Program-made: the position numbers and the translations under genes
Source: Spizellomyces punctatus DAOM BR117
Lineage: Eukaryota
Length of the DNA: 35,969 nt
Assembly: GCA_000182565.2 (NCBI GenBank)
Contig: KQ257462.1
Direction: 5' to 3' (one strand)
Notes under the pieces: generated by a model
What the model saw: only the letters and a program-made list of their open reading frames with translations
Database searches by the model: none
What the model was told of the DNA's origin: nothing
Shown: positions 11,483-26,324 of the stretch, one piece after another
Layout: each line of letters opens with the position of its first letter
Numbering within the stretch: position 1 is the stretch's first letter

Positions 11483-14270
11483 CAATCTTCAAAGAAGCCA
11501 AGAGAGCAGTCAAAGCAAAGAACGTGAAAGGCTGAGGAAAAGTAGTCCATCACTGTGTCCTTTTAACCTTTGGCATCAGTCAGCAATGTGAGAGTAACAG
11601 CATCCATGATCCATAGAACCAGCCAAAATTATTTTGTCCACATTGAATGATTATGATGGCCTCAACAGTTTGTGACAGAGTGGAAACGGCTCCGTTGCAT
11701 GTACGTTCATTTGTTGGCTATCTGCTAGTAGCATTAGAAATCATTTAAGCGGATATACAGATGTTTTGCTACACTGCTTTCAATTTGTCTGCCCATGTTG
11801 CCAAACACTTGTTTTGCCAACGTAGTAAATGCACGCCATGTCGCGTACGAACATTCCAGTTAGCATGGGGGACGTCCACCACACTAGGACAATTCACTGG
11901 TGAGAAGAGCACCCACGACGCACAAAAGGTCAAGTGTAGAAACTCGGGTGAGAGCAATTGCCGGTGAGGTCTGAGAGTGATGATGTTACTGTAATGTTCA
12001 TTATTCTGCAGACGTGCAAAAGGGGATTCAACCTTCCGGAGATTCAGCAGCGAGCAGAATTATCCAAGACCATTGGCTTACCGTAGGTAGTCTGCCAACC
12101 TCGGGCCCTCCAATCGCTTGTATGTGATCTCCCCACAACACCGATCTCATTATATCAATTTCCCAAACATTATTTCATTACAAGCAACTCTCCGAAAGAT
12201 GGAATTTAAGAATTTTACTTTCAGCATCTTCAGAAGGATTTGGGTCGTCCTCCACTAATCGCGAGCTTTCGGTATCAAGAACCGATTTTCAAGGGGAAGC
12301 CTGTCCGGGTAATCAAGAATGGTGTAAGTCCAGAGCGAGGTATTATATGGTCTTTTGACCAGGTTCCGTTAAACGTACAGCGAAATATACCAGGAACAAG
12401 GTCGGTAGATCAAATATGGCGAAAGAGAAACTTGAATTGTGAGCGTGGATTGCAAATAGTGGCCAATTGTACTTCGTGCACCGTCAGCTTTGCAATTCAG
12501 TGTCGGTAAATATCGAAATACGAGCCATGGGCAGTGTTGTTCGAAATATGGTCCGCATGTTTCTGCTCCGCAGCAGCTTGTGATTGTTCCATAAGCCTCC
12601 AGCGTAACCCAGTTCAGTGAACGATACTCAAAGTCGGAATCGAAATGGTTTAACATGACAGATTCGGGAGGCACGGAGCACCAAGCGTCTAGCTAAAATT
12701 GAACATCGTGCCGGGGAGATAGCTTATTTTCTCTGTCGAATGATGCTGACAATTCTTGTGGCAACCACAGTTACAGAACAGGCTGCTGCAGGTGTGATTA
12801 GTCGTGCTGTTATTATCTAGACGACACTTGCATGTGACAATTACACAACCGAAGAATCGGTTGCAGAGAGTGTGAGATCAAGCACGAAGTAGCCTGTCCA
12901 ACCTGCTTCACCGGCCTTTTTGGACATGCTTGATTATCGAGAAGAAATGGCAGATTATGCAGCAGAACAGATTGTGAAGAGCGGGATATGTTGCCAGTGA
13001 ACCAGATTCTGCAGAAAGGTGGCCATTAAGTGACCTGTGTTTGGAAAATGGAGCTGGCTTGGTTAGCATGGCCATCTGAACTGGCAGAGGGTATCTCCTT
13101 TATGATAGCATCCATGCAAGCAGCATTATTCCTTGCACCAGGTGTTGATCACTATAGAATGTTCTTCAAACTATGGTATCACAGGGAATTATAGATAATG
13201 CACGGATGGATGACCCAAACCTTTGCCAAGCCGCTCTATGATTCAAGGCAGAGCAGCTGTGAGCAGGTCTCCCAGCAGCAAACCAACATCAATGGGCATT
13301 GAGGCGGTACTAATCCCAAATGGAACCACGGCATACCTGTAACAGGTTCAAAGTCCTCCACAGATGCCTCTCTTCGAATTAATCGTAAGATCATCTTCGA
13401 TTAGCAAGAAAAGCATTTGGCAGAAGAGATCAAATGTCCCGTCTCCCTACGCCGTCGGTGAACGTCTGCACCCTCCCATTGCAGTGTTTAGCCTACGGAG
13501 GTGCATTGATCGACCTCTGTGCGGATGGAATTTAGTAGCACCTGTGACAAGAAAGTGTCGAAAAGGGTTCATTGCGCAATGATCGAAATTATGTAAAAGA
13601 CTGGGCGAAAACGTTTTGAAGGCATCCACTGTTCCTGGCTTTTCACGTATCGTTTGCCGTGATTTCAACGCACCTGTTTGTTATTTTCAGGTGGTCCTTT
13701 CAGTATTCCGTGGCAAATTGGTGCTTTTGCTCCCCATGTCAACATCGATTGCGCACACGGCCTTCTCGGCTGCCACGCTGTATTAATCCACCGCTCAACA
13801 TCAGTTTGTATCATAGTTCCTCTCATGGCCAGACGTGCTGCATCATTCCCGTCAGACTCTCAGCAATTGCTTGTCTAGAAACCCTTGATGGCAGCCACGC
13901 GGTCTACGGTCGAAGCGACACCCTACCGGCTCTCGAATGTAGCTGCCATTATCCTTCAGGTTGTATTGCAAAAGTACAAGGTTGGTGTCCTTCCAGCTTT
14001 CAGCATCGCAGCAATCGCAACCAAGCCAAATTTTTGAATATCATGGCCGACGTACAAAACTATGAGGTATTTAATGATAGGGCCCTCGTTCTTTATTGCG
14101 GGTAACATGTCGGATATACAAATCCATGAGCTGTTAATACCCTAACATAATCCCCATCCCCTATCATTGCCTATTTGTGGTTGCAGATGAGCAGACGCAC
14201 GTTGCCAACCCGTACTGATCAACTATTGCTTCAATCGTCATTTTAAGTTGATCGGTACATATGCGCTGTC

Positions 14271-15890
<1,620 letters not shown>

Positions 15891-17558
15891 GGTGGAGGTG
15901 AGTACAGGTTGCCCGGGAAAATGAACGATGTTACGAATGTAGCGTGCGACCACGCTGGGAGATTGCAAAGAACGTGAAGTGAGAGTCAACTACCAGTTGA
16001 CAGGCGCGTAGAGAGGTCGGAAATGTGCTTGGTCAGGCGGAATCGCTGGATCGAAGACGGAATCACAAAGCGGAGAGGGGAATAAACAAGCAATATGTAC
16101 AAGTTCGTCACAGCAGGTATGCAGCTGGGAAATTTCGGTTTGTACAAGAGGGTAAGGGAAGAACAGCTTTCTGGTATTTGATCACTGGTGAAAGTGACAC
16201 TGAGGCTTTGTTGCGCGTGATAGATTGCGACAGATGAAGCGGAGTCAGAGGAATTTGTAGCGTATGGTAAGGTGTGTCTACTGACGTTGTTGGCTCTGCG
16301 GCAAGAAGTTCTTGGTTTCCTCCAAATAGGAGATTTGGGTCAGAGGAGAGTATTCTTCTTGGCAAAAGATGGATTGGAAAAAAAAAAACCGTAGGAATAG
16401 ACTTGAGTGCTTTCACTTGCATGAGGACACAAGAAGCCAACAAAGGGTTGGCGTATCATGTGAGTTAACAGCACGGCCATGGCAACGCTGTTTACGTAAT
16501 CAACGCCATTCGAGCGCACGATGCACAATGACTGGAGTTGAGCACCACCCATAAAGATTATGTCTTTCACGTCTGGATGGATTTGAAGGGATTGATTTGA
16601 CTCTAAAATAATTGATGTCCTGTTCGTAGGAGTTATCTGATTGCGTCCAAGTTTCCAACGAGGAACCTGCCAACCACTGGTGGACAAGCAGAAATGGTGC
16701 CCAACAAGGCGGCAGTATATAATAAAAATGCGTCCTTCGAGCATATCAATCAATCATTCAGATCCCTGATAGAAATGAGTACTGTTCCTGTCAATGGAAG
16801 GATCACCTTTTTCGTTCGACGGCCTCATTTTCTGAGAAAGTCGTCTCCACGTCAGGCATATTCCCAAGTTTGGAAATTTTCAGGTATTGGGGGTGGTGGG
16901 ATGGGCCTCGGCCATCTTCTCCATACGATGTGCAAGATACTACTAGTTACTGGTTGTTTGCAGGTCATTATGCCTTGCTATCATGTCTCTCAAGTATAGT
17001 AATACGCCAGATTTGCGATGTCTCAACCAAATTCTAATTTCCGATGCCGTATCAGCCGGCAGCAAGAAAGATTGCCTGTTCGAACCCGAGTCCTTAACAG
17101 ATCCAATGTAGCAAGTGGAGAAGGATTAAGCCAGTGCGCACATGTTATTTATCCCCATTTCACCCAGATATGCCTCGACCTAAATATCTTTCTGAACCCT
17201 AACCATGACCCTAAGATGCGTTTCTTGGCCTCTTCCTTGTTCCCTAATTCCTATCCACCGCCATTTATACCGCTGCCCTCCATCTTTTACCTTGTATCTT
17301 ACATTTGTTTTGGTTGCTCGGCAGGCCACCATCTAACTTGGTTTCTGGTGGACATTTGGGCAAATCAAATCCAAGCCACTCGCTTAGCCGCGGGTGTGGT
17401 TTCATCACAATACCCGTCGGGACATCTTCGTAAGACCAGTTTTTCACACCAATGTATATAAGATTGCAAGCTTGAACTCACATCATCGTCACCACACACT
17501 ATCCCATCTTTCACACAGGGCCCTTCCCAAAGCATAAAGCTGGCCACCTTCAAACAAC

Positions 17559-20500
17559 ATGACAGAAGCTGTTTCACAAGAGGCACTGACGCTGGACGAA
17601 AGTTTGAAACATACAGCAGCACCTGTATTAAATGAAGCGCAAAACCAGAAAGCTAGGAAAGAGGGGAACGAAGAGAGTAGGACGGGACATCCTGATGGCG
17701 TTGGACATAAAGTCCCCTTCCTGACGTCGGAGATCGCCCAACTGGGTGGTCGACCGGATGACCTTGTGCAAACGACTGAGACCACCAATGGTAAACCTGA
17801 GCCTCCAGCGCCTGCGATAGAAAATGAACCCAAGCCTGAGCCAATAGAACATATGGACCCGGTCGTCGCCATACAGGGTACCGACGAGGGCGACAGCATC
17901 CCATTACTCTCTACCACCGCACGTAGAGTATGGCGGCAACGGAAACTCGACTGGAGAACAACTGTTGTAACGCGGTGGCCGTGGATAAGACCGTATTGGG
18001 AACGTGTAGAGTTTGGTCTCAGCCTTCTGCCGCCGGGCTGGCCGGAAAAGCTACCCATTTTGGCGATCGCATTTTTGTTTTCCCCTCGTCTTTTTGCTGT
18101 GCTGTGTGCGATAAGTGTGGCTACGCTACTGGGTTACATGTGGGGAGTTACCTCTGGAAAGGGTTCTGGGGGGCTTCCAAACACCTTATCATGGGACCAT
18201 CGTATGGACCAGGATCGAGGACTTGAAGTAGGTTGTCAGACGCGATATTATGGGATTCACGAGTTGTCTGATCATGATTAGGCGCTTAAGGTTCCTGTTG
18301 ATATGTCAGCATTCTCCGTTTCTCCAAGCGTCCACAATGCGTTAGAACAATTCTGTGGTCATATTGTGAGGGACTTCATCAATAACTGGTACAGCAACAT
18401 CAATCATTCAGGCAGCACGGACTTTCCCGAAGCGGTCCATGCAAGCGTACGGCATGTCTTCATAAAGTTGGGGACATCTACTAATGAAATACGCCCGACC
18501 GCGCTAGCGTTACCAGTTTTCCAAACTATTATTCTTCATATGGTAAGAAACCGTTAAATCCGTACAGGGTCACCATTTCAACTCGCTGACACGCGTTTAC
18601 ATTAGCGAGAATATCGCGTCTTTGAGTCTTCTTCGCTGCAGCTTGATGAGTATCTGTCTCGAAACCCCAATTCTGCCTTTAATCTTCACCGCACGAAAGA
18701 CCAAATCTTTGAACATCTTCGAAGGTTGTCCATGCATCTGGCGGTCGAACTTCTCCCTCGTGGAGATAGATGCAGTCCGATGGTTTTTGCATTTGTCCAG
18801 GAAATATTGGCAACGTCTGTTCTGCTGCCAATCGTTGAGATGTGCAGTGATAGCGATTGGATCAATCGGCAGTTGCTGACGTTCCTTAGAAAATCACAAG
18901 CGAGCGCCGTTGCCATGGCTAGCAAGCAAACCGGATCTACAGGATCGCCACAGCCAGGTTTGTGGGCTCCTTCAAGAAAAGATAGTAGTGGAGAACAGGT
19001 GTACGTCAAAGGTAGGCTGAAAATTCGATCTTGGTCGGAATGCGTTTTCTTTTGGCCATGCTCACTCGTAGGGCCTTGTATAGTTGTCGAAGCTCGAAGA
19101 CTGCCCATTGCTGATATGTATGGATTATATTGTTCGCTCCTCTGCGGTACAAAGGTGCAGAGAAGCCGTAAAATAAACGCGGAATCAAATCCAATGTGGA
19201 TGGAGGAGTTCCGATTGTAAGTGAGAACTAATTCAACCGGTAAACCCAGCATTAAAAGGATCTATCATTTAGCGATTGGGACAATGACGATGCTAATGGT
19301 GGTGTAGACGGAATAGTGGTGGATTTGCTGGAGTCGAGGTTAATCAAAGGTAAACCGTGGACTTGTTGTGCCGCGTTCAAGTTTCCTGAGATTCCGCAAT
19401 TCGGTTCTACACAGATGAAATCATTGGCAGCGTGTACGTCCCAATGTCACAACTCCCCCCAAACAAGTTTCTGAAAGGATGGTTACCGATTGATACTGCG
19501 GATACCCGATTTGCCGGTGTAACCAATGCTGAGATCTTACTTGAAGCAATACGGATTGCACCTGCAGCTGGGCATGGGGCCGGCACAAACAGTGCACGTG
19601 GATCCTCCGCAGCACAAGGCAATGAAAATCCCAACTCAGGGCTCAGTAACGAAATTTCAGACCTGACAGCGGAAGATATCCTAGTTCGAAACGAAGGATT
19701 GGTGGAGTTCATGCAATACATGGATGATATAAAGTCGTCCGATTACATACAGCTCTACGTCATGATTGACTCTTTCAATCGGTTCGCGAAGCTGGAGATG
19801 TCAAGTCAGTCGTCTTCGGGGCTGGCCAATGCGATAGAAGGACTCAGAACAGATGCATTATCCATATTTGACACTTTCTTTTCTCCGTCGGCGTCTCAAA
19901 GAGTGGATTTGGAATCTCCAGAACTGGTGGAAAGGGTTCGGCAGGCGGTGTTAGCTTCACCCGGCGCGGATGTTTTCCGCCCTTTACAACAACGCATCGT
20001 CGAAGTTACCGAAAAGCGCTTCATGGAAGGATTTAAGCATAGCCAACTTTATCAGCGGTACCTCGTTGAAAATGGACTGACATTACGAGAGAGCCAGCAA
20101 AAGACTGGGTCCGCGTCGGGTAGTGGGAGTTCTGGCTCAGATTCTGAGTCAGTAGCATCTGCAAACAACTCAATCCCTCCTGCACTTCCTCCGAGATTAC
20201 CTGACGTCAGCTTGCCTGCCCCTGAGCTACCTCCCCGATCGGTAGCTGAAATTCCAGCAGTCCCACCACGACCGACTGTGGTGACTGAAGGGACATCCGG
20301 CAAAATGTCCCCATCAACGGACGCAACACCAACATTACCGCCGCGTCCCCCTGCGCAGACCGATGATGTGAAATCCAACGTAAGTTCCGGACAGGATGCC
20401 ATTCCAAAGTCCTCCTGGAAAGGTGCATCTGACATTGATAACGAATTGTTCACCGACGTCCTCCCGCTTAATGATGATACGTCCACGTTGGAGGAACCGG

Positions 20501-22377
20501 TGCCGGGTACCAGTGGAATGCAGTCGGCTGTAGAGGCGCAGGAAAGCGTTGCTGCAACGGCTGCTAGTGAGATCGAGGACGAGACAGACGCGATGACCGC
20601 TTCTATTCAGTCAGCAGCGCACGTACTTGAGAATCTGGGAAAGAATGGTAACCATGACATCGAAGAGGTGAAAGCAGCCATCAATACTCTGCGGGAGCAA
20701 GTTACTCTTATCGATTCAATAATGCGACGCTCTGCCGATGCTGAAAAGTTGTCCGACTTAGCTAGCACGAAACTACAGCTGCAGACGCAGGTAGAAGAAT
20801 TGGCCGATCTGATAGCGCAAGAAGAGCAGCAGGCTAAGCAAGGGCACCTCGCGGTAGACCTGCGCAACGTGAGGATAAACATATTGGACATGACAGCTCC
20901 TGAAAAAGACAAGGACGAGAAGAACATCTTTGCATTTGCCTCTACACCTACGCATCCCAAATCTATCGTGTTCATTGTCCAAATTGAAAGGACTAACGGT
21001 AGTGGAGGGTGGATGATCTCAAAGTCCTATGCGGATATCATTGCTCTTAATGAGGCGCTCCGCACTGTGTTCCCCAAAGTTCGGAAGTCCAATTTCCCAC
21101 AACGCACACGCGTGACTGGAACGAAAGCAAGAGAGGAGCTATCTCATGAGCTGGAGCGCTGGCTGAATATAATTGCCAGCGACGCCACGTTATACGAATC
21201 TGCACAAGTACAGGATTTTATGAAGCCCGAGAATATCCAGACTCAAGAGTATAGTGCAAAGCCTGTCGTTGCTACTAAGGTGCTCGGAACCTTAAAGTCC
21301 GCAGGAAGTATCCTGCGAAAGGTTGCGGTTGCCACCCCTATGCGGGCCGCTACGTTTGTGGCAAGTGAAGTTAATGCCGCTGTAGCCGGGGTTGCGCATG
21401 GAATGAAAAAGAATGAGCCAACAAATTCAAAGACAATACGTAGGTCTAGCAGTTTTTGGTCAAACAAACCTGCTGGCAGCGAAGAAGATCAGCCTGAAAC
21501 TCTACTCGTACCTGCCAGGGCATCGTCACTGGATGATGCCGTATCGGATCACGATGAAGGGTCAGATAAGGGGCTAGGAACCAAACCAATGGTGAGGAAC
21601 AAGTCAGTCGGCAGTCTAGCGTCCGTGACCTCGCATATATCTGCTGGAGGTTCCGCATCCGTGGATGCCAGTAATGCTACGGTACCGGTGGGCTCGAATG
21701 CCAGCGGTGATTACTCAATGTCCGCAACGTCCTATCGTCCTGAAACTCCTCCACGTTCTTCTTCGGCCCGATCAGCGTCTCCGGCCAAGTCGCTTGCCGG
21801 CTCAATAAAATCTGTCGAAGGACCCAGCGGTAGCGGCTCACCCGCCCGACATTCACGAGAGGATCCACCGCTGTCTGATGCAGAACTTGAGATCATGCTT
21901 GAATGCGTTTTTGGGATAATAGAAGAAGTGTTCCATCTGTCGGATCCGAACCAATGGCTACGGCAGAAAGGATTACACATGGTGAAAACTATTCTGAGAC
22001 GCACATATGGCACCAGTATTTCCACCCTTATTCAGTCTCGACTCATCGAAGCTACCACAGAGACAAAAGTTGCGTCTTATGTTGACATGCTGGACGGTTC
22101 ACTATGGCCGGAAGGAATCTGGTACTCTACAAAAGCGCAACAGGACGGTATTCCTCCTACCCCAAGGAGTGAGGAAGACATGGCTGAAACGAAAATGGAA
22201 GCCAAACATCTTTTCATCAACTCGGGGTTGGGTGGCGTAGAGACAGTTGCTCGCGTTGTGGGCAAGTACAATACGGTGGCTGGAATGACCAGACTATTTA
22301 ACATGCTTCAGCATCAAGATTTGAATAGGCATTTAGTGTGTATGATCATGGATCGTCTCGTGAAAAGTATATTTTAG
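17559..22377 (+). CDS. SNX-RGS family protein (Mdm1/SNX13/14/25-like): TM hairpin-PXA-C2-RGS-coiled coil-PX-Nexin_C; 6 exons
   Basis: Hydrophobic segment ILAIAFLFSPRLFAVLCAISVATLLGYMWGV; PXA (HIVRDFINNWYSNI; FVQEILATSVLLPIVEMCSDSDWINRQL); RGS (EDILVRNEGLVEFMQYMD...ALSIFDTFFSPS...FKHSQLYQRY); PX (IVFIVQIER..GWMISKSY..LERWLNII..VQDFM); Nexin_C (EEVFHLSDPNQWLRQK; LWPEG; RLFNMLQHQDLNRHLV). Confidence 0.9.
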
Positions 22378-22565
22378 GGAGATAGAATAGGGTTATGTAA
22401 AAATGAAATTTATAATAGTAGTCGCATTCAGTAGTGCGGAATTTCGCCAAAATATCAGGCGAGAAAAGAACGTCTGTAGTAGCACGCGTTTATTTCGTTG
22501 GCTTAGACTACACAAGAATCGTTCTCTATTCCGGTTGTCGCAGACTACACTAGAATCCATTGTTT

Positions 22566-25500
22566 CTATTCCTCGGATTCGGCAAGAATCCTGGCAAAAG
22601 CGAAGGGTTCAAACTTCTTGCCAGTGCCGCCGTAGAATTTGTTCTGGAATTCCACCCTGAAAGTTACAGGTGAGACAATGTATATTCTTATGCGTGCTAA
22701 CTACAGTGCACCTACCAGTGCAGACGCAAAGCATGCAGGAATGCCGAGAGGCCTTCCATGAGAAGCAAAATGCCTATGGTCAACACAAACCACATACAAA
22801 ATGCAATCACAAGGGCAAAAGGGAGAAAGGGCCCGGTCCTTGTTAGAGCGCTTCCCATCACCATGACCCATAACACCTCGGACAGCTCTGAATTACAAAC
22901 AGTGAGACCAAATAAATAAGCCCAAAGCCAGATTCGACGTACGCGCATGAGCTAGGGACAAAGCCCAGAGACGAAGATACGATGCCGTGTTGGAAATCGT
23001 GCCCAAACAAAATTCGATCGTGTGAATCATTTGATGGATCATGATTTCTCCGAAATCAAAATGCTGCGGGACATTGCAGAATGAGTATCTGAGGGTATGT
23101 GTCTAACGAAAGCTCTTCACATACCTCATGACCATCGTGTGACATCTCTACATGTCCACCATCGCCTTCCTCTGACGGCCTAGGGTCAGAAGATCCACTC
23201 GATGTCCTGTTCTCCGGTAAATTCTCATCCGACAAGTTCGCATATCCTAGTCCCCCGCGCTTCTGGTGCTCCTTGTTCAAAAAATAAGGCTTTGCGAATA
23301 GCATCCAGGGTACACAGACAAACGCCACGAGCAGCAGAAATACTTGCAGGCCGGCCTGAAAATTCGGAAAACATCGCATCACACATTCGTCGAAAGACGA
23401 CTGAGGCCTGACGGATCTGGTTAAATTTACCCACCTGTCCCTTGAATAACTGATCCTTTTCAGCAACACTCCCGGGGGACAAGAACATGTAAATCAGGGT
23501 ATTCAGCAAACCCGGAGCGCGCGAAGGGTCAGGCCAGTAGGTTGCCCATTTGTAAATAATCAAAATCGCCAAATAGCCGAAAATGCTTAGGAAAAAGATG
23601 ACTTGCGGTAAAAACTCGGTGTAGATGCTCATTTTCTTTTTGAAGTACGTGTAATTGCACACGTTCAAACAGATACCGAAGGTCATCTATTGAATGATAA
23701 GAATACTTTTAGATCCCTATTTCATGAAAATACTGCATTTGGTTTCTCCCATGTTCTGTACTCACATGCATGACTCCAAACACGATAGCCTGTTTCATTT
23801 TATACGAGTTGGAGAATAACAAAGCATTGTCCGAACCATGCCAAGCCTGGACAACCAAGTTGGTCAAGTACATGGCTTGGTTGGATAAAGAAATCCAACG
23901 CCCTTACCGGGTCGACTCCGAAAACATAGGTCCATTTCTTTTCACCATACCATTTTCCACCACGTTCATGAAACTCCCATCCGCTTCCGAAAAGGTTCAT
24001 GGCCCTCGAAAAGATATCATTATAGATAAGACCCGTATAAATGGAGAAAGCCCCCATGAGAAGAATGATATATCGGCCCCCAAAGAACATCTGCCAGATC
24101 TGGTACATCCAAAAGCTTTAAAATATGTTTTTCGCAAGGTACTAGCATCTCAAGACTTACCTCATCCTTAATCTTGGCCAGCTTTTTCTCCTGTATGACC
24201 ATCCAGGCGGCCATGGCGGTCATAAAGATACCGTGTCCGAAGTCCCCAAACATCACGGCAAAGAGGAACGGGAAGGTAATCACGGTGAAGAGACCTGGAT
24301 TAACCTCTCGGTAGGTAGCGACACCGTATGCATCTACAATATCTTGGAACCCCGCGGTAAACTTATTTGTGCGATGGTAAGTCGGCGGTGTCAATCGCGT
24401 TCGCAACTCATTTAGAATTGGAGGAATTGTCGACCCTGTCCGCTCCTGAAATCATAGCACAGCTTTCCGTTATTCCTCAATTACAGAGTCATTCAAAATT
24501 GATTACTATATACCGTAACACCACGCAAAGAGTATTGAAGAGCATTGATGGATAGAGTGGGGCACCAGCCCTCTGCAATGAGAGCCTTTCGGTTGACGTC
24601 GTAATTAAACATATTCATTGTATGGTAGATCGCCTTTTCTTTCTTAACAATCGTAGACCACGATTCCATGTTTTCAGCGACTTTGGCAAGTTCAATACGT
24701 CGCGCATTACGGGTGTTATCAAGAACCTGCGTTTGCCATGTCTTCTGTAAACCGTGACCAGAAAAGTTTCTGCAAATTTGACACCTACATGCTTCAGATC
24801 TTCCAGTCTGTTGAGGACCTCCTGCGCGTCCTCACGCCTCTTTTCTGGCCGCTCATCGACTGGGTACACAGTAGCACCCATGCTCTCGCATATCTTGCGT
24901 ATTTTGGCTAGAAGTTGCTTCCCATGGGCAAAAATTATGAAGACATTCTTTTGAACCACTTCGTCTGTCGCAGGATCGATAATGGGCTCATCAATCTCTG
25001 CATAATTCATGTAAAGGTTGCCACGAAGTGCTCGGAAAAGAATACGCTCGAAAGTTCCCATGCGTGAGCGAGGAATAACTCCAGCTACAAAACTGTCAGC
25101 GACATGAGCAATTTAATGCATGATCATCGTTCCACATCTGAAATAGGGACCTACCCGAGATTGGCCGTTCGCAAAGCGCTTTCTCCACGTTCTGCAGCCT
25201 CGCTGTCATCTGGTTGCTCAAGTGTACCTGCTGGCGCCAATAGGTGGGTATCTTCCCGGTGAGGCGCTCCCAGAATGTCCTCAGTTCGAGAAGTCGCCTT
25301 ATCATAGGCGCCACTTTCAATATAAGCGGGACAAAAAGGTATTGTAGCGCTATGTTAACAGCCTACCTCATCAAAAAATATCGCGGTTTCGCGCAATACG
25401 TGTCGCAACTCGGTGAGCTCGAGGTATCTCTTGTTTAAAGTTTCCAATGAGGTAATCATTTGCTGAATACGCGCTTCATAGTCGTTCAGCCGCTCTTCAA

Positions 25501-25994
25501 GCTCATCAATCTCCTGCTGCGTTCTCGAGCGAGCATAATACATGCTGCTATCTAACGGACGAACAGGAATTTCCGCCTTGTGAATTTGGCTTTCAAGAAA
25601 GCCTATGGATATCAAGGTACGTTCCAAGCGCGATTAGCAAGTCATTGAATCGCCGTCCACGTTTTAAGATAACATACGCAGTTTCCTTTCCATTTCGTCC
25701 AAGCGGCGAATTTCATTCACGAATGCGCGTTGAAAAGCGTTCACATTCGGGTTCAGCTGCAAAGCTCTCGGTTAAAAGCAATGCATGGCAAAAATAGAAG
25801 CTCCTTAACTCACATCTCGAAATTCAACTTGCCCAAGCTCACCAAGCTCCGCAACAGTCGGCTGAGCAATCTCCAACGGTATGTAGAGCTTAAAAACAGA
25901 GGAGGGGTCAGATGGCAGCTGCTAAGGCATCCAAGCAGAAAATATCTACCTGAATGAGGGACATCTCCTCTGAGCGGAAGAGGTTGCCCGCCAT
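22566..25994 (-). CDS. VPH1: V-type ATPase V0 subunit a (Vph1/Stv1 family), multi-exon
   Basis: [113 protein letters not shown]. All inferred introns are GT-AG. Confidence 0.98.
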
Positions 25995-26232
25995 TTTTTA
26001 ATGACCTGCTACTTGTGAAGTCAATAGGATGACAGGGACGCGCCTAGTGCGATTCTTCAAACGAGCCCATCAGCTATGTATATACCTTCTTCAGGTACTT
26101 ATAATGCACTAAGGTAGCAGACTATGTGTGTGTGGCGAAATTCGCAAGGAGGGAATGAAGCTATCCGCAAACTCAGATGAGGTTCGTGGCGACGATTGCT
26201 TACCGCACCCTATATTCAGATGGTGAAAGGAC

Positions 26233-26243
26233 GGTTCGAATCC
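26233..26243 (+). promoter_or_regulatory. Isolated consensus B-box-like sequence GGTTCGAATCC in the divergent promoter
   Basis: Exact B-box consensus with no surrounding cloverleaf; function is not shown. Confidence 0.3.
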
Positions 26244-26324
26244 GGATCGAAGCGGCTCTCGGTCGCCTCGCGTCCTGCCTCGCGTGCTTCGTGAGCAGCG
26301 CGTACCAACTCACCTCCTGCAGCG

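Noticed and set aside
13063-13073. TTAGCATGGCC matches part of U6 snRNA
   Set aside because: Only 11 nt; the upstream ACAGAGA box and the downstream internal stem-loop are absent.
17078-17087. GTTCGAACCC T-loop/B-box-like sequence
   Set aside because: No T-stem, A-box or cloverleaf around it.
22377-22566. Tail-to-tail Mdm1-like and VPH1 genes as a vacuolar functional cluster
   Set aside because: Short convergent spacing is seen throughout this compact window; adjacency alone is not evidence.
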